Origin: the human T2T-CHM13v2.0 reference genome, Homo sapiens
Assembly (NCBI RefSeq): GCF_009914755.1
Contig: NC_060937.1
DNA length: 64,000 nt
Direction: 5' to 3' (one strand)
Every line of letters begins with the position of its first letter. The stretch's first letter is position 1. Position numbers and translations under genes: made by a program. Below the pieces are notes generated by a model. It was not told the DNA's origin and did not search any database. It was given only the letters and a program-made list of their open reading frames with translations. Shown in pieces: positions 12,880 through 26,480 of the stretch.

Positions 12880-15010
12880 ACCATCACGGACGCTGAGCTT
12901 CGCGTAACTCTCACAGTGGAAGGTAAGTCTGTCCCCTTCTTAATCAATATGGAGGCTACCCACTCCACATTACCTTCTTTTCAAGGGCCTGTTTCCCTTG
13001 CCTCCATAACTGTTGTGGGTATTGACAGCCAGGCTTCTAAACCTCTTAAAACTCCCCAACTCTGGTGCCAACTTAGACAATACTCTTTAAAGCACTCCTT
13101 TTTAGTTATCCCCACCTGCCCAGTTCCCTTATTAGGCCAAGACACTTTAACTAAATTATCTGCTTCCCTGACTATTCCTGGATTACAGTTACATCTCATT
13201 GCTGCCCTTCTTCCCAATCCAAAGCCTCCTTTGCGTCCTCCTCTTGTATTCCCCCACCTTAACCCACAAGTATAAGATACCTCTACTCCCTCCTTGGCGA
13301 CCGATCATGCACCCCTTACCATCTCGTTAAAACCTAATCACCCTTACCCTGCTCAATGCCAATATCCCATCCCACAGCATGCTTTGAAAGGATTAAAGCC
13401 TGTTATCACTCACCTGCTACAGCATGGCCTTTAAAAGCCTATAAACTCTCCTTACAATTCCCCCATTTTACCTGTCCTAAAACCAGACAAGCCTTACAAG
13501 TTAGTTCAGGATCTATGCCTTATCAACCAAATTGTTTTGCCTATCCACCCCATGGTGCCAAACCCATATACTCTCCTATCCTCAATACCTCCCTGCACAA
13601 TCCATTATTCTGTTCTGGATCTCAAACACGCTTTCTTTATAATTCCTTTGCACCCGTCATCCCAGCCTCCCTTCACTTTCACTTGGACTGACCCTGACAC
13701 CCATCAGGCTCAGCAAATTACCTGGGCTGTACTGCCACAAAGCTTCACAGACAGCCCCCATTACTTAAGTCAAGCCCAAATTTCTTCCTTATCTGTTACC
13801 TATCTCAGCATAATTCTCACAAAAACATACGTGCTCTCCCTGCTGATCGTGTCTGATTAATCTCCCAAACCCCAATCCCTTACAAAACAACACTCCTTTC
13901 CTTCCTAGGCATGGTTAGTGCAGTCAGAATTCTTACACAAGAGCCAGGACCGCACCCTGTAGCCTTTCTGTGCAAACAACTTGACCTTACTGTTTTAGCC
14001 TAGCCCTCATGTCTCCGTGCAGCGGCTGCTGCCGCCCTAATACTTTCAGAGGCCCTCAAAATCACAAACTATACTCAACTTACTCTCTACATTTCTCATA
14101 ACTTCCAAAATCTATTTTCTTCCTCACACCTGACGCATATACTTTCTGCTCCCCGGCTCCTTCAGCTGTACTCACTCTTTGTTAAGTCCCACAATTACCA
14201 TTGTTCCTGGCCCGGACTTCAATCCAGCCTCCCACATTATTCCTGATACCACACCTGACTCCCATGACTGTATCTCTCTGATCCACCTGACATTCACCCC
14301 ATTTCCCCATATTTCCTTCTTTCCTGTTCCTCACGCTGATCACGCTTGATTTACTGATGGCAGTTCCACCAGGCCTAATCGCCACACACCAGCAAAGGCA
14401 GGCTATGCTATAGTACAAGCCACTAGCCCGGCTCTTAGAACCTCTCATTTTCTTTCCATCGTGGAAATCTATCCTCAAGGAAATAACTTCTCAGTGTTCC
14501 ATCTGCTATTCTACTACTCCTCAGGGATTATTCAGGCCCCCTCCCTTCCCTACACATCAAGCTCGAGGATTTGCCCCCACCCAGGACTGGCAAATTAGCT
14601 TTACTCAACATGCCCCGAGTCAGATAACTCTGATAACTAAAATACCTCTTAGTCTAGGTAGACACTTTCACTGGATAGGTACAAGCCTTTCCTACAGGGT
14701 CTGAGAAGGCCACCGCAGTCATTTCTTCCCTTCTGTCAGACACAATTCCTCAGTTTAGCCTTCCCACCTCTATACAGTCTGATAACAGACCAGCCTTTAT
14801 TAGTCAAATCAGCCAAGCAGTTTTTCAGGCTGTTAGTATTTAGTGAAACCTTTATATCCCTTACGGTCCTCCATCTTCAAGAAAAGTAGAACGGACTAAA
14901 GGTCACCTCACCAAGCTCAGCCACCAACTTAAAAAGGAATGGACAATACTTTTACCACTTTCGCTTCTCAGAATTCAGGCCTGTCCTCGGAATGCTACAA
15001 GGTACAGCCC
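12880..15010 (+). pseudogene. HERV-H pro-pol remnant (protease, partial RT, RNase H, integrase fragments)
   Basis: VPFLINMEATHS (catalytic DTG lost), CPVPLLGQD, YSVLDLKHAFFIIPLHP, WAVLPQSFTDSP, FTDGSS; stops and frameshifts. Confidence 0.85.
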
Positions 15011-15641
15011 ATTTGAGCTCCTTTTTATTAAGCCCCAGTCTCATTCTAGACACCAGACCAACTTGGGCTGTGCCCCAAAAAACTTGTCATCCCTACTGTC
15101 TTCTGTCTAGTCATACTCCTATTCACCGTTCTCAACTATTCATACATGCCCTGCTCTTGTTTACACTGCCAGTTTACACTGTTTCTCCAAGCCATCACAG
15201 CTGATATCTCCTGGTGCTATCCCCAAACCGCCACTCTTAACTCTAAAGGAAATAAATAATCTTTACTGGCAAGGCTATGCTGAACCTCCTTAGGCACTCT
15301 CTAATCAGATGTCCTGGGTCTTCCCAATTCTTAGTCCTTTAATACCTGTTTTTCTCCTTCTCTTATTCCTTTTAGTTTTTCAATTCATACAAAAATGTAT
15401 CCAGGCCATCACCAATAATTCTAAATGACGAATGTTTCTTCTAACAGTCCCACAATATCACCCCTTACCACAAAATCTTCCTTCAGCTTAATCTCTCCCA
15501 CTCTAGGTTCCCACGCCGCCCCTAATCCCGCTCAAAGCAGCCCTGAGAAACATCGCCCATTCTCTCTCTCCATACCATCCCCCAAAATTTTCACCGTACC
15601 AACACTTTACCACTATTTCATTTTATTTTTCTTATTAATAT

Positions 15642-15654
15642 AAGAAGACAGGAA
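15642..15654 (+). other. Polypurine tract
   Basis: aagaagacaggaa immediately before the 3' LTR tgtcagg. Confidence 0.8.
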
Positions 15655-16065
15655 TGTCAGGCCTCTGAGCCCAAGCTAAGCCATCATATCCCCTGTGACC
15701 TGCACGTACACATCCAGATGGCCGGTTCCTGCCTTAACTGATGACATTCCACCACAAAAGAAGTGAAAATGGCCTGTTCCTGCCTTAACTGATGACATTC
15801 TCTTGTGAAATTCCTTCTCCTGGCTCATCCTGGCTCAAAAGCTCCCCCACTGAGTACCTTGTGACTCCCACTCTGCCCGCCAGAGAACAACCCCCCTTTG
15901 ACTGTAATTTTCCTTTACCTACCCAAATCCTATAAAACGGCCCCACCCCTATCTCCCTTCGCTGACTCTCTTTTCGGACTCAGCCCGCCTGCACCCAGGT
16001 GATTAAAAGCTTTATTGCTCACACAAAGCCTGTTTGGTGGTCTCTTCACACGGACGCGAGTGAAA
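15655..16065 (+). mobile_element. 3' LTR7
   Basis: tgtcaggcctctgagccc...gcgagtgaaa; ATTAAA poly(A) signal variant near 16002. Confidence 0.95.
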
Positions 16066-16070
16066 GTTTG

Positions 16071-16437
16071 GATTTGTGTCCCGACCCAAATCTCATGCCA
16101 AATTGTAATCTCCAGTGTTGGAGGAGGGGCCTGGTGGTAGGTGATTGGATCATGGGGGCGGATCTCCCCCTTGCTGTTCTCGTGATAGTAAGTGAGTTCT
16201 CATGAGATCTGGTTGTTTAAAATTGTCTAGTACCGTCCGCTGCTCTCTTCCCCCTGCTCCAACCATGTAGGCCGTGCCTGCTTCCCCTTTGCTTTCTCCA
16301 TGATCGTGTTTCTTGAGGCCTCCCCCGCCATGCTTCCTATACAGCCTGCAGAACTGTGAGTCAATTGAACCCCTTTTCTTTATAAATTACCCATTCTCAG
16401 GTAGTTCTTTATAGCAATGCAAGAACAAACTAATACA
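16071..16437 (+). mobile_element. MST (MaLR) LTR, remainder
   Basis: ggtgattggatcatgggggcggat...ataaattacccattctcaggtagttctttatagcaatgcaagaacaaactaataca. Confidence 0.88.
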
Positions 16438-16700
16438 TTCCCGCTTCTGTCTCAGGGCGCCTCCACAGCAACATGCACATCCCTGATCAATTGTTGTGAG
16501 AGGGAAGAGCAGGCTAACAGGCAGTCACGACTAACACGTAATACTTCCCCTCACTCGCCTTGGCCAAAGCATATCGCAAAGCATGCTTATCCTTTAGGGG
16601 CAGCAGGTGGGGAAAAGCAGCCCACTCACCTGCCAAAAGTGGAGGAAAAGCAGACATCAAAGAGGAGTGGTAATTCCTGCCATGATTGTAAAGGATCATA
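16438..16700. mobile_element. Old MaLR LTR (MLT1-like), right part
   Basis: acttcccctcactcgccttggccaaagca...ggggcagcaggtggggaaaagcag resembles MLT1 internal motifs. Confidence 0.45.
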
Positions 16701-17329
16701 TTAATCACTTCTCCAGTGACTGCGGCTTGGCTGTTGTAATTTCTCAAAGTTCTTAATAAAAAGCTATCGTTACATTACAAATCCAATAGAACACTTAACA
16801 AAATTCCATAGCAGGTGTTAAAGGTCATGAAAGGAGAGCTCTACTAAAACATTGTTAATTCCCACCTAATTTCAGGGATTTGTGGTAGCTTCTTTTCCCA
16901 CTCTGAACGCTGATCTTGCCCCATACTAGAAGAAAATAAGTTTCTACCTCCCTGTCCTCACAGAACCAAAAAAAGAGACCTAATTATTGGATCCAATCCA
17001 ATGTAGAATTTGGACTTTAATCCATATCATTATATGACTTTTCTAAGCAGGGGAACAACCCACAGAAAATCACCTACAGAAGAAAGAGATGTTCCTATTT
17101 CAATGGCTTCTTTCAACTTTCCTCCCTTCTCTTGAAAAATAAAAACTTTCTGGTTAATTCTCTGACGTGTTTAAGCTGCCTCTTTAGCTTGTTTTTTTCA
17201 TTCACTGTCAAATTACTGAAACAAGTAATATCTTCTAATTCTTGTTCATCATTTTCTATTTCCTTATTTAATGTAATTGTCAAATTTGATCTTCAAATCT
17301 GCATCCAATCTTAATCACCCCAGCTACAG

Positions 17330-18000
17330 ACACACTGTACCACTTGAGTATTTCACTTCACCTATCTAGAATCACGTTCATACTTTTCCCCACCAAGCCA
17401 GTACTCTTGGTTGCTTATTTTAGTTAATATTTTGCCCAAGTTTGAAACGTCAATAAACTTTGAAATCTTCATCCATTTTAGCCCTAAATTGTATCCATCA
17501 ACAGAAGCTATTAATTCTTTTTATGAAATGTCTCTTTTGTATGTTGTTCCCTTTCAATTTTTCACCATCATTATACGTAGTGTGATGCTTTGTACCTCAC
17601 ACCTGGACCATCAACATCCTCTTCTAACTGGTCTCCTTTGCTGCAGGCTTTTCTGCACCTTCTGATTTCAGCATGCCACCTGCATAATCATCCTAAAACA
17701 TCACTTTTGTTATGTTAATTTCCCAGCGGGGGTGGGAAGGACCCTTTTATAGCCTGCCGCTACATACAGCGTAAATACCAACCCCTTTTCATCATTGGAG
17801 CTTTTGTCTTGGGCATGAATTTCCTCCTACATAAAATCAAATTGCTCACTGGCCTTAAGAAGGATCATCTATTTTCTCATTCTCTGCCTTTCCCCAGCCA
17901 TCCCTCTGCCTGGCATGTGGCCTCCCATCCTCACTTGGACAAATCCCTTTTGTCATTTACAGCTTAGTCCTAGTGCCTCCCTACACTCTTTCTGAACCAT
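17330..18000 (+). mobile_element. Degenerate L2 fragment
   Basis: ctcacacctggaccatcaacatcctcttctaactggtctcc and atccctctgcctggcatg are L2-like. Confidence 0.5.
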
Positions 18001-19856
18001 GGTTAGCTCTATAAATATAACATCATTTGTGTACGAGTAGTCACAGAACAGCATCCCACAGAATGCCACTCAGATGTCTTTTTCTTGGTCAACATGGTGA
18101 TGGTGTTTTTGCTGCTATTTAAACTAAATTTTAATGCTTTCAGGGACCACGTATACTCTTCAGTTCCCTTAGCACTTGAGTTCCAAAACCCTTGTCTATG
18201 TCATGTCATGCTGGTGGCATTATTTCATGATTTTTATCTGTAAAATTTTAAAAATGTATTGTTTATTTTTCTGACTAACTTGTATGTTTCCTAAGGTCAG
18301 GGAAATGTTTTATACAATTAGAAATTTAAGCAGGGCAAGAGGAGTGGAAAGCACTTTGTAAACATAATTAGCCAAAGAGTTGCTGAGTGCTACATCTCTT
18401 TTATTCCAAGCCCTTCAACACTAAGACCAGGAGGGTATCTTAGAACCACTCAGGTACAGAAATGGTTTCAGTCACTGGGGAAGAGAAATGAACGTTTTCT
18501 CTTTTTTCCTCTGCTTTGCACCAAACTGAAAACACTCATTTTCATGTAATTTATGGATTCCTTCAGCTTTTTACTCCCGTTAAACTTAATTACTCGAAGA
18601 AAAATTTCTCATGTAAAAACATTCCTTTGGGAGATCTTCAAATCCCAAATAAAAGAAGTAGGTGTCTAAGCAGGTAAGTCCAATATGAAAAATTGAGGAA
18701 AGATTATTTTAAAAAAAAAAATCAAATTCAGCAGAAGGAAGCAAAGAATCTCAGTTGTTTACAATGGTTTGAAGATGGGAATGAAAAAATATTTGCAGGA
18801 AATATTTGGAGAAAAGAACAGGAGTAGGAATATAGTAACGATTAAAATAGTCAATAAACTACTATATATGAAGTGCCTGATACCAGCCAAGATTTCACAG
18901 ACCATATACCACAGTAACCATGTGACGTTGGTATGGTTGTTTTCATTCCAAAGATAAATAATCAAAGTTCACGGAATCTACCTGAAGTTACACCGCTGAT
19001 AAGTGATAGCATTGGGATTTAAACAGCATCTGAACCAAAAGCCTCCATTCTTAGAACTAGAATACACAGTGTCCTAATAGAATAAAATAGAAATAGTAGG
19101 CTTAGTAGATGACAGTTCATATACTAATTTAACTAATAAAAACTTATAAGTTGATTTAAAAAAAGTACGTAATTCAGAAGAACGCTTCTAACACTGTCAT
19201 GACATAAACAATGGTTGAGAAGAACTATTGTCATGTGAAATGAATAAGAAAGGGAGTGCTAGACATAGACACAGTATTACAAGAAAAGACCATGGCAGTA
19301 GGTTACAGAGTGCTCAGTCTGGGCTTTGACTTTGAGCTGAGGGAGACACAAGACAGGAAATGCTAGCAAGATCACTGGTGAGGGCAGAGGTTGCAGCTGA
19401 TATTATGAAACGGTTCAGTCTTTTTGGGATGATGATTTTGCAATATGACTCAAAACCAATAAAATGATTACGCCATATGAAACGGGAATCTCACCTCTGC
19501 AGACTTAACTCAGAAGAGTAATAAAAAAAGCAGGGAGGGGGGTGCAGGGAGGTAAAGGAGCATGACTGAACAAAGATACTGATAGCTGCATGTATTTATA
19601 AAAGAAAACAAAAACTAGTAATAATATGGATGGTTGTGGAAATATTTGGTAAACTACAGAATATTATATAAAGCTATGAAAATGCTAAATGTGATTGCTT
19701 AGAAACCTCAGAAACTATTTAAAATTGGTCAAAGGGAAAAGTAAAGCATTAATATTGAATGCACTATAATACTAGCTACAATTTTTGGATAATTACTCTT
19801 TGCTGAATTCTGTTCCAAAGTGTTACATGCATTAACTCACCGAAAATTAGTAAGTA

Positions 19857-20145
19857 GGCCAGGTGCAGTGGCTCACACCTATAATCCAAGCACATTGGGA
19901 GGCCAAAGTGGGGAGGATTGCTTGACCTCAGGAGTTCAAGACCAGCCCAGGCAACATGACAAGACCCAACCCTGTCTGGGCAAAAAATTAAAAAATTAGT
20001 TGGACAAAGTAGCACGTGCTTGTGATTCCAGCTACTTGTGAGGCTGAGGCAGGAGGATTGCTTGAACCCAGAAGGTTGAGGCAGCAGTGAGCCATATTAA
20101 TGCCACTGTACACCAGTCTGGGTGACAGAGCAAGATTCTATCACA
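19857..20145 (+). mobile_element. Alu (AluJ-like)
   Basis: ggccaggtgcagtggctcacacctataatcc...ggaggattgcttga...ctgggtgacagagcaaga. Confidence 0.92.
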
Positions 20146-20250
20146 GAAAGGACAGGCAAAGGAAAAGGAAAAGGAAAGGAAAGGAAAGGGAAAAGGAAAG
20201 GAAAGGAAAAGAAAGGAAAGGAGAAAAGAGAAGAAAAGAAAAGAAAGGAA
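20146..20250. repeat. (GAAAG/GAAAA)n pentanucleotide repeat in the Alu tail
   Basis: ggaaaaggaaaaggaaaggaaaggaaag...gaaaagaaaag. Confidence 0.9.
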
Positions 20251-20559
20251 ACCAAAAATTACTGAAGAGGAATTAGCATGACTTAGAAGTAGAATATAAG
20301 TGGAATAGACTATTTTGTTTCTACTCTGTATAAGGCCTTGTAGCGTCTTAAGAGATTTCCCTGGTGATGGTTTCTTTCAATCCTTCTTGGGATGTTAAAT
20401 TAAGTTCTGCAGTCTTCTCACAATTTTGGTTTCAAAACATAAAAACGCCTCATAAGTAATATTTACCAATATTGTTCATATGTAACTAGTTGAAATATAT
20501 ACCTGCAGACACAGAGACTTTCATTCACAAAACAAGAAATTATAGTAACAACGACATAA

Positions 20560-21092
<533 letters not shown>

Positions 21093-24000
21093 GACCTTGA
21101 ATTTTTTACAAGTAATGGAAGGTTTGTGGCAACTCTGAACAGAGCAAGTCTGTTGGTACCATTTTTCCAACAGCATGTACTCACTTTGTGTCTTTGTGTC
21201 ACATTTTTGTAATTCTTACAATGTTTCAAACTTTTTCATTATTAACATATCTGTTATGGTGATCTGCAATCAGTGATGTTTGATGTTACTATCGTAATTG
21301 TTTGGGGGCGCCACAAACCACACCCATGTAAGGTGGTGAACTTAACCAATCAATGTCTGTGTTCTGGCTGCTCCACCCACCAGCCATTCCCCTGTCTCTC
21401 TCCCTCTCCTCAGGCCCTCCCTATTCCCTGAGAAATAACAATATTGAATTTAGGCAAGTTAGTAACCCTACAATGACCTGTAAGTGTTCAAGTGAATGGA
21501 AGAGTCACAAATCTCTCCTTTTAAATCAAAAGTTAGAAATAATTAAGCTTAGAGAGGAAGGCATGTCAAAGCTGAGACAGGCCAAAAGCTAAGACACTTG
21601 TGCCAGTTAGCCAAGTTGTGAACGCAAATAAAATGTTCTTGAAGGAAATTAAAAGTGCTACTCCAGTGCACACATTAATGATAAGAAAGCAAAACGGCCT
21701 TATTGCTGATATGGAGAAAGTTTGAGTGGTCCGGATAAGAAGATCAAACCAGCCACAACATTCCTATAAGCCAAAGCCTAATCCAGAGAAAGGCCTTAAC
21801 TCACTTCAGTTCTTTAAAGGTTAAGAAAGGTGAGAAAGTTGTAGAAGAAAAGCCTGAAGCTATTGGAAGTTGGTTCATGAGGTTTAAGAAAAGAAGACAC
21901 GTCTATAACACAAAAGTGCAAGGTGAAGCAGCAGGTGCTGATGCAGAAGCTGCAGCTAGTTTTCCAGAAAACCTAGTTAAGATCATTGATGAAGGTGGCT
22001 ACACTAAATAGTAGATATTTAATTTAGACAAAACAGCCTTCCATTGAAAGAAGATGCCATCTAGGACTTTCATCTCTACAGAGAAGTCAGTCCCTGGCTT
22101 CAAAGCTTCAAAGGACAGGTTGACTGTCTTGTTAGAGTTAACGCAGTTGGTGACTTTAAGTTGAAGCCAATGTTCATTTACCATTCTAAAAGTCCTAAGG
22201 CCTTTAAGAATTATGCTAAATCTATTCTATTTGTGCTCTAGAAATGGAACAACAAAGCCTACCTCCCATCTGCTTTCAGCATGATTTACTGAATATCTTA
22301 AGCCCACTATTGAAACCTCAAACAAAAAGATTTATTTCAAAATATTACTGCTCATTGACAATTCACCTGGTCACCTAAGAGCTCTGATGGAGCTGTACAA
22401 GGAGATTTATGTTGTTTTCATGCCTGTAACACAACATCCATTCAGCAGCCCATGGATCAAGGAGTCATTTTAACTCTCAAGACTTATTATTTAAGAAATT
22501 CATTTTGTGAGGCTATAACTGCCATAGATTGGGATTCCTCTGATGGATCTGGGAAAGTAAATTGAAAATCTTCTGGATATGATTCACCATTCTAGATTCC
22601 ATTAAGAACATTCATGATTCATGGAAGGAGGTCAAAATATCAGCATAACAAGAGTTGGAAGATTGTTACCATTTTTTAGCAATAAAGTATTTTTAAATTA
22701 AAGAAGGTACACTGCTTTGTAGACATAATGCTATTGCACAGTTAATAGACTACAGTATAGTGTAAACATAACTTTCACATGCTGGGAAACCAAAAAATGT
22801 AAAAGTGTGATATTCACTTTATTCTAGTGGTCTGGAACCAAACTTGCAATATCTCTGAGGTGTGCCTGTAGAAAAAGCCTACACAAAATGTACCAGGAGT
22901 GAAATATTTCCCTAGCTCTGTAAAAAAAAAAAAAAATCACCTCTTAAATGTATCATTTGTGTTTCAAAGTAGTAAGCATTTCATACTATAATCTTTTTTT
23001 AAATAAAATGGGATGAAACATTGTAAAAAGATTTGTGCACACTCAAATTTTCAAATTGGATTTAATTTCTCAGCATTTCGGAGGTTGTAGCAAACAGAAA
23101 GACATATTGTTCTCTTTAGGATGCGACTGTGTAAATGCAAGAGTTATGTATGTGTTTGTATATATATATATACACACACACTAAATGCTGTATATACATG
23201 TGTATATCTATTTAAACATTTCTTCCATTAATCATTTCATATGACCTACTAAAAATAAATCCCAAAGGCATACTGCAATAAATGACACCACATCCAACTT
23301 TTGCAAACTGCAAACTGTCACTGTAATGTCACATTTCATTTCAACCCAATTTCAAGACTATACCCTTCCAATTCTCAAAGGTGATTTAAGCTATACTCAA
23401 GCTTAAAAGGTTTCAACTTTAGTTAATGCCATCTTCATTGTTGCCTGAACCTAAACTATTAGGAGCAAATTAATGCAGCAAAGCAGTCAGTGATATTGTT
23501 ATAAACAAAGGAGACATTTTCTTGCATGACTTTTAGAAAATGAGTTTTTGACACTAGACAAACCACATGTGTATTGTTTTAATGGACATCAAGAAATTAC
23601 TAACTTAATGCCTATAAAAAGAAAACAGTTAAAGCTTCTATATAGCAAATACTGAACTGCATTGTGCATATAACACATGCAAGTTTTTTTAAATAGCCAT
23701 ATTACATACCATTTAAAAGAGGTCCTGTGATTGAGTGTTGTAGGCAAAGGAATTTTATCCATTGTTTCTAATACTACTTCAAACGGGATCATTTGAAACC
23801 TTGATTAAAAAGGTATACTGGTATGTCAGGTCAGATATTAGGGAAGAGGAATGTGCTTTTTAAGACCCATTATACAATTTTTGTTATTTGAGAAACAGAA
23901 AGTAAGAAACAAAATAACACATAGGTTTTAAAAACATAAAGCTTGCAACACCACCCATCTTTAAATTTCTTCTATCAAAAGGTTATATAAAGAAATAAAA

Positions 24001-25849
24001 TGATCAAATGGAAGAGCACATGGAGGCATACACCAGCATTGCAAAAATCAATTTAAGAAGTGCAACTGCAGTTGTCTTTCCTGGGTTTTTAATTATGTGT
24101 TTGTTTGCCATGGTGGCCTAATTTAGTCAAGAAGATGAGCCAACATTAAAAGCTGGTAGGAGAGGTAAGTAATCCCCAGGGTGGGCTGCTTGTGCTCAAG
24201 AGTTTAAAAGCTACATAGACAGAGGCAGAAGCCAAGGCACATTTGAGAAGGGGGTCTGCATGACACACAGTGAAAGGCGAGCAAATCAAATTTTTCACAA
24301 TTAGTTGAACAACAACTGTGACAGGTTTAGCGCTTAGCATTTTCATTTGTGTGCTCAAATTTGGTTATCTGTCCTCTTTTATGCAAATGCGATGTGACAG
24401 GAGAAGCTGGGAGCACTGGAGCAGGCCAATCATTCACAACAGGGGCTAGGGCTGAGCGGCTGAGAGGCCCGGATTAAATGGACTGAATGCTGATGGATAA
24501 ATGACATGAGCCACGCTGAAAGCCTCATGAACTGATTTAAAACTTCTAAGGGAGGATGCCAAGGATATAATTATGCTTTATGCCCCGGCCTAAACTGTCA
24601 AAAATAAAAAGATAAAAGAAGAATATAAATTGTACCAAATGAATATTATCAGCATTCATAATTTAACTAAACCCAACATGTTTATCCTACACTGGAAAAT
24701 AGATAAGATTGGAAAGCTGTGTTCTTCTACCACAGGCCTTAGGACTGAAGCAAAGTTTAAAAATTTACAAGTGAAGCACAATGGAAAGGAATTCCAGGCA
24801 TCCAGCCTTCTTAATGGGGTGCCATCTCTAGGAGGGCAAGCATCCCCTCTACAAAGTTGGTATAGCCCGTTCATCTTTAACTGTTTCTTGACTCCATGGT
24901 ACTAAGGTGATTTTGCAAAGGGGGCAGGTTCAGGGTGGCATCTCCTTTACATATAGGGCCTTGGGAGCACACCCACCAGCCCCGAGCAGGCTCTGAGGGA
25001 CCATTTTTATGAATTTGTTGAGTGTCTGTCCTCTGTCCCACCCAGCACTAACATTCTATAATTCTATCAGGTTGAAAAAGTTGAAAAACAGTAGGGCTTG
25101 TTATCTTGTTTGCTTCACCTAGATCTTATGATTTTACCATCTCTCCAAGTTCTTAATAGAATGCTTTAAAACACTAAATTTCTTAGACAGCAACTGCCTG
25201 TCTGAAAACAGGAATCTCAACTATTGTCTTTGGTTCTTTTCAACATGACTGCAATTTCTCTATTATATTATTAATATCACTACACACATACACACACAAC
25301 ATTCTGAGAAGACATCAATGATTTTAGACAAAAAGACAGGAAAAGTCCACATGTATGTATCTTATAAGTAAGTAACATAGACATAAAGGGAGAATGTAAT
25401 CTTAAATTCTTTTTAGAGAAAGGGAGGATGCCAAACAGTACAATACAATATGAAGGCAGGCAGAAAGTGAAGATGGTAGCAAAGTCAAACCATGTTTGAA
25501 TGAGTTGTGTAATGCCTATATTCAATAAAATAAGTACATACATGTTAAAATAAAATATAATTTTCTTCAATAGTTGATGCTATTAGCTAATAGCAGTTTT
25601 TCCATTCTAGAAGAATCTTTGACATAATTTGTTAGTCCATTCTTAAAATTTATCAGTGTTTGCCACAGTATTAGCCTCCATAAAGAATGTCACAAAATTC
25701 AGAAAATGTTAATTGGTACACATATATATTTACAGGAACATCAAATTCAAAATACTAATACCTTGTGCAATATGCTAATATGTACAAAGTAATTAAATGT
25801 GTCTCACATTTAAGACATCTGAATATTACAAATAAAAGGGCAAACCACT

Positions 25850-26480
25850 TTTAAAATTTTTTATAGAAGTAAAAATATATACACAGAAAAGTGCACAAAT
25901 CATAAGTGTGTCTAGTGGTGACATTTCATAGTAAACACACTGTGTAACCACCATCCAGATCAAGAAAGGGAGTGTCCCCAGTAGAGCAGAAGTCCCTGCC
26001 ATGTCCTTTCTCAGTCACTGGCTCCTCCAAATGTAACCACTTCTCTAAATTCTGTCAGTGCAGCTTGGTTTTGCCTGCTTTTGAAATTCATACAAATCAA
26101 ATTACATAAAATCTTTTCTTTGTGCTGGTCTTCTTTTGTGTGTGAGTGTTGGGGTGGGGGGTGTCTGACTTTACTATTATGTTTGTGGCATTTATCCATA
26201 TTCCTGTGTAAGCAGCAGTTTATTCTTTTGCTTTGCATGACATTCCATTTTATTTACAGAATATTCTACCATTGGTGAACACCTAGGTTATTTTCAGTTT
26301 AGGGCTATTACAAATGCTGCTATGGACATTCTTGTACATTTACTCTGGTGCTCATGTATTTTCATTTCTACAGAGTATAGAGCTAGGAGTGGGATTGCTG
26401 GGTCTGTGGATGTACAAATATATTTTAATATGAATTTATAGCATTAGTGGATTCTCCATAGCAATTTTCTAAAATGGAAC
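25850..26480 (-). mobile_element. Old L1 (L1M) 3' fragment
   Basis: cagaaaagtgcacaaatcataagtg...tgtaaccaccatccagatcaag...ggctattacaaatgctgctatggacattcttgtac. Confidence 0.75.

Larger units (their letters stand above)
10324..16065 (+). mobile_element. HERV-H provirus (common ~5.7-kb deleted type) with two LTR7 LTRs and 5-bp TSD gtttg
   Basis: Near-identical LTRs at 10324-10736 and 15655-16065; TSD at 10319-10323 and 16066-16070; tRNA-His PBS, polypurine tract and gag/pro/pol remnants. Confidence 0.97.

Noticed and set aside
11630-15640. Coding-competent HERV-H gag/pol/env
   Set aside because: Early gag stop, degenerate zinc knuckles, protease active site lost, pol deletions, env largely absent
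10307-16442. Target-site duplications for the MST LTR (and for the LTR at 43875-44448)
   Set aside because: Flanks do not match cleanly, so no TSD is claimed for either
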